Below, in pieces: positions 17,650-25,218 of a stretch of DNA of 26,230 bases. The translations under genes were made by a program, and so were the position numbers. Source of the stretch: a virus (taxonomy: Duplodnaviria > Caudoviricetes); IMG/VR virus record IMGVR_UViG_3300025653_000228, positions 1-26,230 of that record; one strand, written 5' to 3'. The notes beneath the pieces were generated by a model that saw nothing but the letters and a program-made list of their open reading frames with translations, was not told where the DNA came from and searched no databases. How positions within the stretch are numbered: position 1 is the first letter of the stretch; each line of letters starts with the position of its first letter.

Positions 17650-18014
17650 TGGCACACTTCGCGCAACTTGACGCCAACAACATTGTGCAGCGCGTCATCG
17701 TCGTTGATAACGACAACATCCTTGATACCGACGGCAACGAATCCGAAGCCGTTGGCATTGCCTACTGCCAAGCACTGCTTGGTGCAGATACGATTTGGCG
17801 CCAGACAAGTTACAACAACAATTTTCGCAAGAATTACGCAGGCGAAGGTTACCGCTATGACGCTGACCTTGATGCCTTTATCGCACCCCAACCATTCCCC
17901 AGCTGGAGCCTAAATACTGAGACCTGCCAGTGGGAGGCACCAAAGCAGATGCCTGCTGGCAATAGGCCCTACACTTGGGATGAGAGTTTGCTGCGTTGGG
18001 TTGCGCTGTCATGA
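17649..18014 (+). CDS. Conserved phage protein accompanying Gly-rich fibres (possible fibre assembly factor), 121 aa
   Basis: MAHFAQLDANNIVQRVIVVDN...WRQTSYNNNFRKNYAG...DAFIAPQPFPSW...WDE. TGATG coupling. Function inferred from context only. Confidence 0.6.
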   Translation: MAHFAQLDANNIVQRVIVVDNDNILDTDGNESEAVGIAYCQALLGADTIWRQTSYNNNFRKNYAGEGYRYDADLDAFIAPQPFPSWSLNTETCQWEAPKQMPAGNRPYTWDESLLRWVALS

Positions 18015-18595
18015 TTACGCCTGCCACATACGACATCACAATCCTGCAGAACTCCACCTGGAGCGGGATTCTGCGAGCGACCGATAGCGGCCAAACTCTT
18101 GATAGCTTCACAATCAACGCTGGCACACCAACCTTCACAAAAAATTGCCACGGTCTAACCGCAGGCGACAAAGTTGTCTTTACCGGAGGTACAACCGTAC
18201 CCTGCGGCTTCACAGTCAACACAATTTATTACGTCATTAGCGCAGGACTAACTACCGATGAGTTCCAAGTAAGCGCAACAAGTGGCGGAGCCAGTATTTC
18301 TGTAACAGGCACGGCAACTGGCACTTTTTACGTTGCTCGCCCTCTCGACCTTACAAATTACACAATTGATGCCGACATTAAAGAACTGGAAAACCTGACT
18401 CAGGTCGCAACTTTTACTTGCACAATCACAGATGCAACAAACGGCGAGTTTAATCTTTTGTTGCAACCGGCCACCACTGTGGGACTTGCAGTGGGGCGTT
18501 ACGGGTATGACGTAAGTCTTACTAGCTCTGGCGGCACACGCTATTATTGGCTTACAGGCGTGGCAACCGTTCAGCTGACCTATTCACGGAACTGA
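18011..18595 (+). CDS. Virion structural/adaptor protein (BppU-N-like with an inserted beta domain), ~194 aa
   Basis: An ATGA overlap gives the start at 18011. PATYDITILQNSTW...PLDLTNYTIDADIK...DATNGEFNL...YGYDVSLT...YYWLTG is interrupted by HGLTAGDKVVF...YYVI...FQVSATSGG. Confidence 0.55.
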   Translation: MITPATYDITILQNSTWSGILRATDSGQTLDSFTINAGTPTFTKNCHGLTAGDKVVFTGGTTVPCGFTVNTIYYVISAGLTTDEFQVSATSGGASISVTGTATGTFYVARPLDLTNYTIDADIKELENLTQVATFTCTITDATNGEFNLLLQPATTVGLAVGRYGYDVSLTSSGGTRYYWLTGVATVQLTYSRN

Positions 18596-18598
18596 TCC

Positions 18599-20836
18599 AT
18601 GTCGGAAGTACAAATTGCCGTAATCAGCGCAAAGAATACAGAGCTGACGTTGGCAGTACCCGGCCACCAAGGCGCTGGTGGCGCAGCCGGTGTCGGCGTA
18701 CCCACCGGTGGCACGACTGGTCAAATCCTCGAAAAAGTAAGCAATACCGATTACGACACCCAGTGGGCTGACGCACCTATTGGCAACATTACGGGCGTAA
18801 CTGCTGGTACAGGACTTAGCGGAGGCGGCACCAGCGGAAACGTAACTCTCAATCTCAACGCCAGCATCGACGCGCTGACGGATGTAGATACAACCACAAC
18901 TCCGCCAACCAACGGTCAAGCGCTTGCGTGGGACAACGCAAACAGCGAGTGGATCCCGATGGACATGGCCGGTACGGCCAACCTCGGCTATATCTCTGGT
19001 GCAAGCAGCGGCGAAGTTACCTCTTCCACCGGCACCAACGCCACAATCCCCGGTTTCACAAGCACTAATGCCGGCCTGGCTGGAGCAAGTGGCGGCGGTA
19101 CTGATAATTTCCTCCGCGCAGATGGCACTTGGACTAATCCTCCAGGAACCACCGACCTCACCTACGCAACTGCCGCAACGACCGGCACCATCAATTCCAG
19201 CACTGGAACTGATGCAACAATCCCCAAATTCACCTCTACTGATGCCGGCCTTGTCCACGGCAGTGGCGGTGGAACTGCAAACTTCCTGCGTGCTGATGGC
19301 ACATGGAACATTCCACCGGGCTCCACAAACCTTTCTTATACGGCTAGCGCAACTGACGGCACGGTCAATTCTGACACTGGCACTGACGCAACAGTGCCGG
19401 TATTTGATTCAACGAATGCCGGCCTGGTTGGCGGCAGTGGTGGCGGCACTACAAATTTCCTTCGCGCAGACGGCACTTGGCATGCACCGCCAGGCGTCAT
19501 GGCTGGCGCAGACACTCAGGTCCAATTCAACGACAACGGTGGCGCTGGCGGTGACACCGGCCTGACCTTCAACAAGACCACCAACGAACTCACCGTTGGC
19601 GTCAGCAATGCCGACCCTGGCACTGCAACGGTCAAGGGTGATCTGAACCTTGACAGTGGCGGCAATTTCTCGACCACAATTCAATCGGTCACCCCAACCG
19701 CCAACCGCACGATCAGCTTCCCAGACCAAACCGGCACCGTCGGCCTTGTCTCTGGAGCAACCGGCAACATCCAGTACAACAGCTCCGGCGCGTTGGCTGG
19801 CACTGCAGATCTAAATGTCAGTCTCGACTGGACAAATGCTGCTATTGCATACACCGGCTTAAAAGTTAATGTAACTGATACTGCTAGTGCTGCTGGTAGT
19901 AAGCTTTTTGATCTTCAAAGCAATGGCACCAGCCAAGTATCGGTTGATTCCTCTGGTTCTCTAGAAGTAGCTTCCGAACTGGTAAACAGCATCACCGTTG
20001 GTCGTGGCGCAGGCGCGATTAGCACCAATACAGCAGTCGGCAGCTATGCGCTTCGGGCAAATACCACTGGCAACAGCAACACTGCTAACGGATTCACCGC
20101 CCTCTACTCCAACACCACTGGCAACAGCAACACTGCTAACGGACTCCAAGCCCTCTACTCCAACACCGCTGGCATAAACAACACTGCTAACGGAGTCAAC
20201 GCCCTCTACTCCAACACCACTGGCGTAAACAACACTGCTAACGGACTCGAAGCCCTCTTCAACAACACCACTGGCAACAGAAACACTGCTAACGGACTCC
20301 AAGCCCTCTACTCCAACACCACTGGCGCAGGCAACACTGCCAACGGAGTCAGCGCCCTCTTCAACAACACCACTGGCGCAGGCAACATTTGTCTCGGCAG
20401 TCTGAACAGCGCTGGCGCCTACGCCCCAGTCTTCGACTGCACTACCGAGAACAACCGCGTGGTAGTTGGCAGCACTGCTGTCACCAATGCTTACATCCAA
20501 GTTGCGTGGACGGTTGTTTCAGACGAACGAGATAAAACCAACTTTGATCTTGTTCCTCACGGGCTTGATTTCGTCAAGCAGCTCAACCCTGTCGCGTTCC
20601 AGTTCAAGGAAGATCGAGATACTGATATTCCTCACGGCCCTGTACGCTATGGCTTCAAAGCGCAGGACATCCTGGCACTGGAGGGTGACGACAACGCTGT
20701 CATTATTGACAATGAAAATCCAGATAAACTGCGCTATAACGGCGAAGCACTGGTGCCTGTTCTTGTCAATGCCATCAAGGAGCTTGCAGCCGAGAACGCT
20801 GCACTGAAAGCACGCCTGGATGCCGCTGGCATTTGA
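18599..20836 (+). CDS. Tail fibre/spike with a C-terminal intramolecular chaperone (peptidase S74-like), 745 aa
   Basis: Collar-like VPTGGTTGQILEK and VTAGTGLSGGGTSG motifs, three FLRADGTW repeats and NTTG beta-helix-like repeats. C-terminus SDERDK...GLDFVKQLNPV...YGFKAQD...LVPVLVNAIKEL plus a coiled coil, with the Ser-Asp-x-Arg-x-Lys autocleavage signature. Confidence 0.88.
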   Translation: MSEVQIAVISAKNTELTLAVPGHQGAGGAAGVGVPTGGTTGQILEKVSNTDYDTQWADAPIGNITGVTAGTGLSGGGTSGNVTLNLNASIDALTDVDTTTTPPTNGQALAWDNANSEWIPMDMAGTANLGYISGASSGEVTSSTGTNATIPGFTSTNAGLAGASGGGTDNFLRADGTWTNPPGTTDLTYATAATTGTINSSTGTDATIPKFTSTDAGLVHGSGGGTANFLRADGTWNIPPGSTNLSYTASATDGTVNSDTGTDATVPVFDSTNAGLVGGSGGGTTNFLRADGTWHAPPGVMAGADTQVQFNDNGGAGGDTGLTFNKTTNELTVGVSNADPGTATVKGDLNLDSGGNFSTTIQSVTPTANRTISFPDQTGTVGLVSGATGNIQYNSSGALAGTADLNVSLDWTNAAIAYTGLKVNVTDTASAAGSKLFDLQSNGTSQVSVDSSGSLEVASELVNSITVGRGAGAISTNTAVGSYALRANTTGNSNTANGFTALYSNTTGNSNTANGLQALYSNTAGINNTANGVNALYSNTTGVNNTANGLEALFNNTTGNRNTANGLQALYSNTTGAGNTANGVSALFNNTTGAGNICLGSLNSAGAYAPVFDCTTENNRVVVGSTAVTNAYIQVAWTVVSDERDKTNFDLVPHGLDFVKQLNPVAFQFKEDRDTDIPHGPVRYGFKAQDILALEGDDNAVIIDNENPDKLRYNGEALVPVLVNAIKELAAENAALKARLDAAGI
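18971..19492 (+). repeat. Three tandem 174-bp (58-aa) coding repeats
   Basis: Units start at 18971, 19145 and 19319. Each reads G(T/S)xxLxY...TGT(N/D)AT(I/V)PxFxST(N/D)AGL...SGGGTxNFLRADGTWxxPP. Confidence 0.92.
20060..20386 (+). repeat. Six and a half tandem 51-bp (17-aa) coding repeats
   Basis: Units at 20060, 20111, 20162, 20213, 20264, 20315 and a partial unit at 20366. Consensus AACACCACTGGC-N6-AACACTGCTAACGGA-N6-GCCCTCTWC-NNC, encoding NTTGxxNTANGxxAL(Y/F)(S/N). Confidence 0.95.
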
Positions 20837-20862
20837 TCTTTTCATTTCTGAAGCTCTAAACC

Positions 20863-21474
20863 ATGGACACCCTCACCGTTACGATCACTAACCCCCGCAC
20901 TATCGACGGCCTGATCTTTGCCGCCAATAGCGCCAAGCTTTCGCCCGAGGATTACGCCACCTGGCTCCTCACCCAAGACGGCAAACGCTACGCCGACGCC
21001 AACAGCTACGGCATTGTGACCAGCGCTGGTTTCTTCGCCCGCTTCACTCCTACCGAGTACGCCAACATTTTGGCCGCATCAGAAGACACCACCGTGGTGC
21101 CTGATCCGATTGGTGGCGTACCTACTGCAGCAGAACAGCAGGCATACGACGACGCGGTTGCCAAGTTCATGGCAATCCCGGATCCCACCCCGGACGATAT
21201 TGCCGAGTACGAAGCAGCAGTTGCCGCTTACAAGGCAGCTTGCACGCCTGATAACGAAGCCGAAATTGAAGCAGCTGAAAAGCAAAACGCTGATGCTGCC
21301 GAAATCAAAGCTCTGATCGACGAGCTTACTGCAGCCGAGCGCGTCGCCCTCGACGACCAGCGCGTCACCGACGCCCTAGCTCTGCTGGTACAACGCAACC
21401 TGCTGGAACCCAACCGTCCTGCAGAGATCGTGCAGTATGACCGCCCCTTCCCCGACGTGAATGGAGCAGCGTAA
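20863..21474 (+). CDS. Acidic fibre-associated protein (possible fibre chaperone), 203 aa
   Basis: Clean ORF with FFARFTPTE and VALDDQRVTDALALLVQRNLL...R-x-x-EI motifs and an Ala/Glu/Pro-rich middle. Follows the fibre gene. Confidence 0.55.
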   Translation: MDTLTVTITNPRTIDGLIFAANSAKLSPEDYATWLLTQDGKRYADANSYGIVTSAGFFARFTPTEYANILAASEDTTVVPDPIGGVPTAAEQQAYDDAVAKFMAIPDPTPDDIAEYEAAVAAYKAACTPDNEAEIEAAEKQNADAAEIKALIDELTAAERVALDDQRVTDALALLVQRNLLEPNRPAEIVQYDRPFPDVNGAA

Positions 21475-22940
21475 TGAGCCTCACCTGGAGCCCTGATTAC
21501 GCACCAGTCGATGCAGATTTTGCTGATGTGTCCTTGCTCCTAAAGGGTGAGGGCACCAATGGCAGCACGACCATCCTGGATAGCAGTAGCAATAATTTGA
21601 GTGTTACTGCAATTGGTGATGCTCAGATTAGTACAGCGGTAAATACGCCGTTTGGTACTGGTGATGGTGTACTGGCGTTTGATGGGACGGGTGATTATTT
21701 GACTGTTCCATCCTCTTCGGATTTTGATTTTGGAACTGCATCTTTTACTATTGAGTGCTGGATTTGGTTATCATCAGGTGTTAGTGCTAACCAATCCATA
21801 TATTCTCAGCGCACTTCAACATCGGGAGTTACTTTTGCAGTAGGTACTGCAAATAATCTTCGTGCATTTTACGGACCTGGATTTTTTGCTGTAACCAGTA
21901 CAACTGCTATTCCCACAGAAGAATTTACGCATTGCGCTCTTACTTATCCTGGAGCGGGATCATCTTTTACATTGTGGATAAATGGTATCAATGTAGGATC
22001 GTCTTTATCCTTTACTCACACTTTTGATTCTGGAATTGCACCCGTTATTGGAGCAAGAACTAATTTTGGTGAAAATTTCAACGGTTACATCTCCAACGTC
22101 CGCATCACCAAAGGCGTAGCACGTTACACCAGTAACTTCACACCTCCCACCGCACCGTTCCCGATCCTTTCTCCCAGCGGTCGCATTACCATTGCTGACG
22201 ACAGCTTGGATGCTGATGCCCGTCAGTACATCATTAACGTAGAAGAGCAGGACGGAGAAGAGTTAGAAGCTGGTGTACGCACTGCAATTAACGATTTTGT
22301 GGTTGGTTGTAAGAGCGATGGTATCTGGAACGCTATTAAGGCAAGCTGCTTGTTGTGTGGTGCTAGGACATTGGAAGGTGCGCTGGTGCCGTTGAAGGGT
22401 GGTGCTCCAACCAAGTACGGCACCGAAGGCGGATGGAATTACAACCGGGAGACTGGGCTGCAGGGAAATGGGACGGATAACTACCTAGATAGCAACCGCG
22501 CTAATACTGCTGATCCGCAAAACAGCCAGCACCTGTTTTCTTGTATTTCATCTGCTGGATCCAACTTGACTGCATACTTGGGTGCTGGAGGAGCTGAAGA
22601 GGGCGCGAGCTTTCTGGGGATTGGAACTGCTGTACTGTTGACCAGATCGCGTAACGCAACAGGATTAAACGGTCCTACTGTTATTCCGAACTGCATCGGA
22701 CTTAGCCGCAACAGTTCCTCAACCTATATAACAAGATCTTCTGGACTTACACAGACGAAAACACAGAATAGTCAAACGCCTATTGCAGGGAATATCCATG
22801 TGTTCCAGAGGAATGCTGCTAATCCATTGACAACCAACGCCCGCCTCTCCTTCTATTCCATCGGGGAAAACCTAGACCTCGCACTTCTCGACACCCGCAT
22901 TTCTAACTTTATCACCGCCATTGGAGCTGCCATCCTATGA
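21474..22940 (+). CDS. Two-domain LamG/concanavalin-A-like lectin-fold virion protein, 488 aa
   Basis: VSLLLKGEGTNGSTTILDSS...FDGTGDYL...FTIECWI...FNGYISNVRITKGVARYTSNFTPPTAPFP is a LamG-like domain. A second domain starts DADARQYIINVE...AINDFVVGCKSDGIW. Confidence 0.8.
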   Translation: MSLTWSPDYAPVDADFADVSLLLKGEGTNGSTTILDSSSNNLSVTAIGDAQISTAVNTPFGTGDGVLAFDGTGDYLTVPSSSDFDFGTASFTIECWIWLSSGVSANQSIYSQRTSTSGVTFAVGTANNLRAFYGPGFFAVTSTTAIPTEEFTHCALTYPGAGSSFTLWINGINVGSSLSFTHTFDSGIAPVIGARTNFGENFNGYISNVRITKGVARYTSNFTPPTAPFPILSPSGRITIADDSLDADARQYIINVEEQDGEELEAGVRTAINDFVVGCKSDGIWNAIKASCLLCGARTLEGALVPLKGGAPTKYGTEGGWNYNRETGLQGNGTDNYLDSNRANTADPQNSQHLFSCISSAGSNLTAYLGAGGAEEGASFLGIGTAVLLTRSRNATGLNGPTVIPNCIGLSRNSSSTYITRSSGLTQTKTQNSQTPIAGNIHVFQRNAANPLTTNARLSFYSIGENLDLALLDTRISNFITAIGAAIL

Positions 22941-24862
22941 CACTAACAGCTGGCAACCTGGTTCTTGCAAACCCCTTGCTTTGCACGAACATCGCCAAAG
23001 GCGACAACAAGCTTTATTCAGATGCTAAGGGCGTGGTGCCGAGCCTGGACCTGCGCTTTGCATCACAGAAAAATCTGAATGATTATATGACGGGCACACC
23101 GTTGGTTGACCACCAGCGGAGTATGAATAGCTCTACTTTCAGCCCTGGTACATTTGTCAATAGTAATGGGTTGATTGAGACGGCTAAAGCAAACTATGCT
23201 CTGTACAGCGAAACCCTCACAGCTTCATGGTGGAGCGGCGGACAATTTATAAGCATTAGCGATACAACAGATGTAAATCCGCCTACAGGTATCCAAAATA
23301 TCTACAAAGTTACAGAAACAGCTGATACGGGCGAACATTTTTTTAGAGGATCTCAAGTAAACCTAGCGGTTACCGCTGGCGTTCCGAACGGCACTGTTGT
23401 AACGATCTCAATTTATCTTAATACATCTCTTGGTAGATCAAAAGTTCGCGTATATAGTTTTGGACAAAACAACCTAACCTTTATTTGGGATTTAGTTAAC
23501 AACGCGCAAATTGGGACAATTTCTGGCGGGACTAGCCCTACAATAAACTCTCAAAGCCTAGGCAATAACTGGTACAGATTTTCTTTTACTGACACTGCTA
23601 CTACTTCTTCAAATCTTAGGCCTGTATTTCAAACGGTAAATAACCTAAATCAATTTAATTATGCAGGCGATACAACTAAAGGATTTTATGCTTCTGGTTT
23701 TCAGGTAGAAATCGGCACCACCGCCACAACCTACATCCCAACCACCACCGTCCCATCCGCAGCACCACGCTTCGATCACAACCCAACGACGGGTGAGAGC
23801 CTTGGGTTGTTGGTGGAGGAGAGTAGGACTAATAATCTAAAAACTAGTAATGATTTTTCGGGATGGCTTCTTTCCAATATCACTAATAACGTAAGTACTC
23901 AGCTAAGTCCTGATGGATCTTTTAACGCCGCAGAATTTGAAACGACTGGCAATAGTGCAAACTATCCATATAACGGAAAACCTGGAACCCAATTACCGGC
24001 TGGAACCTACACATTTTCAGTTTGGACTAAATTTGAAATATCTTCCTCTGTTTTAATTTATGGGTCCAACCTTGGGGCACTACTGCTGTTTGATGCAGCC
24101 ACAAAACAACCGAGCACGGCAACAATACAGCAGGGAGCTTCAAGTTTTGTCGGAACGGTGGAGGAGTACCCAAATGGATGGTACAGATTATCTGCAACAA
24201 TTATTGTTAACTCTGGTTCTCTAGTTACTGAAGCAACAGTTGCTTTAAACAAAAATAAAGTAACTACTTATGGGTTGCCTGATGCAAGCGGCGTTGGCGA
24301 TGTGCTCACCATTTGGGGAGCCCAACTAGAAGAAGGCTCCTTCCCAACCTCCTATATCCCAACCAGCGGCACAGCACTAACACGGTCGGCGGATACGGCG
24401 AGTATTACTGGGACTAATTTTAGTAGTTGGTTTGTACAGAATAATGGCAGCTTTTATTGTAAAGCTGATTTACAATCGCCCGCCTCTGGCGGTCAGGCTC
24501 CGATATTTTCTGTTGACAACTCAGGTGCTAATTTTCGCGCAGCATCCCGTCGCGTTAATTCAGGAGTAAGAATCACTACAGCTACTGACGGTATAGATAT
24601 AACCAGCCCTTCGGCGTGGAATGGTGAAATTAAGGAGTTTTCTTTAACTTGGGTCGCCAATGATTGCGCTTTGGTCGATTCTGGAACTTTAATAGGGATT
24701 GATACAAGCACTGTAAATCCACTCTCAACTGTAAACCAGCTACTTATCGGCAATGTTAATAGCGGCGGATTTTTAACCAGAATGGGAGGCCACATCGCCC
24801 GCCTCACCTACTTCCCGGACCGCCTCCCTGACGCAACTCTTCAAGTCATCACCGCCACATAA
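22937..24862 (+). CDS. Fibre/spike protein with two carbohydrate-binding-like modules and a lectin-like C-terminus, 641 aa
   Basis: PSLDLRFA, then two modules each containing (N/G)WYR and ending Q(V/L)E-x-G...T(T/S)YIPT, linked by APRFDHNPTTGESLGLLVEESRTN. Then TRSAD and a terminal GHIARLTYFPDRLPDATLQ. ATGA overlap with the previous gene. Confidence 0.72.
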   Translation: MTLTAGNLVLANPLLCTNIAKGDNKLYSDAKGVVPSLDLRFASQKNLNDYMTGTPLVDHQRSMNSSTFSPGTFVNSNGLIETAKANYALYSETLTASWWSGGQFISISDTTDVNPPTGIQNIYKVTETADTGEHFFRGSQVNLAVTAGVPNGTVVTISIYLNTSLGRSKVRVYSFGQNNLTFIWDLVNNAQIGTISGGTSPTINSQSLGNNWYRFSFTDTATTSSNLRPVFQTVNNLNQFNYAGDTTKGFYASGFQVEIGTTATTYIPTTTVPSAAPRFDHNPTTGESLGLLVEESRTNNLKTSNDFSGWLLSNITNNVSTQLSPDGSFNAAEFETTGNSANYPYNGKPGTQLPAGTYTFSVWTKFEISSSVLIYGSNLGALLLFDAATKQPSTATIQQGASSFVGTVEEYPNGWYRLSATIIVNSGSLVTEATVALNKNKVTTYGLPDASGVGDVLTIWGAQLEEGSFPTSYIPTSGTALTRSADTASITGTNFSSWFVQNNGSFYCKADLQSPASGGQAPIFSVDNSGANFRAASRRVNSGVRITTATDGIDITSPSAWNGEIKEFSLTWVANDCALVDSGTLIGIDTSTVNPLSTVNQLLIGNVNSGGFLTRMGGHIARLTYFPDRLPDATLQVITAT

Positions 24863-24872
24863 TCCGCTAGTA

Positions 24873-24970
24873 TGCGCGAGCAATCTTTCCCGAGAGATCG
24901 CAAGCGTCCGTAGCGTCCGGCTGCGGCAAGGCTGGCACCGCGTGAGGACCAGCTACCGGACACCCCTTTT
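24873..24970 (+). ncRNA. Candidate structured RNA / cis-regulatory leader, family not recognised
   Basis: Longest non-coding gap downstream of the TMP. Hairpin ATCTTT/AGAGAT (24883-24898), stem GTCCGG (24915-20) / CCGGAC (24956-61), inner stem GCTGG (24931-35) / CCAGC (24949-53), and possible pseudoknot GCGG (24923-26) / CCGC (24938-41). Preceded by TAGTAT and followed by CCCCTTTT. Confidence 0.45.
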
Positions 24971-25060
24971 ATGTCTTGGCTACTTCTACTCTCTGCATGG
25001 CTAGCCGGCTTATTCCTGGCCTATGCTCTAGTCGCAGTCAATCCCCCCGATGATCTGTAG
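24971..25060 (+). CDS. 29-aa hydrophobic single-TM peptide
   Basis: Translated by hand: MSWLLLLSAWLAGLFLAYALVAVNPPDDL-stop. Its TAG overlaps the next GTG (TAGTG). Too short for the ORF track. Confidence 0.55.
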   Translation: MSWLLLLSAWLAGLFLAYALVAVNPPDDL

Positions 25061-25194
25061 TGGCCGTTAAATCAAAAACCGCCCTGGGTCGAGTCGAACA
25101 CCAATCAGGAAAACCCAAGCGCACCCGCCAAGGCAACAGCAAACGCAGTCGCCGAAGAGGAACACGTAAATTGCGTCGCGGGCAGGGTCGTTAA
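25060..25194 (+). CDS. 44-aa highly basic protein ending RGQGR
   Basis: Translated by hand from GTG: MAVKSKTALGRVEHQSGKPKRTRQGNSKRSRRRGTRKLRRGQGR-stop. The K-x-TRQG...RGQGR pattern matches a small protein I recall from aquatic phages and cyanophages. Confidence 0.75.
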   Translation: MAVKSKTALGRVEHQSGKPKRTRQGNSKRSRRRGTRKLRRGQGR

Positions 25195-25218
25195 GATGTA
25201 GTTGAAGCCATTGCGGCC

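Noticed and set aside
20060-20386. CRISPR-like array
   Set aside because: The constant blocks are separated by only 6-nt variable stretches, the period is 51 nt (17 codons) in frame within a fibre gene, and no cas genes are present.
14255-24862. Diversity-generating retroelement or invertase shufflon acting on the fibre genes
   Set aside because: No reverse transcriptase, recombinase, non-coding template repeat, inverted crossover sites or reverse-oriented fibre cassettes were seen in the window. Such a system could still lie outside it.
24873-24970. Assignment of the intergenic structure to the c-di-GMP-I riboswitch, glutamine riboswitch or an HDV-like ribozyme
   Set aside because: The resemblance is superficial (GCAA...CGCAAGC). 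The GNRA loop/receptor, the glnA consensus and the HDV nested double pseudoknot could not be built by eye.
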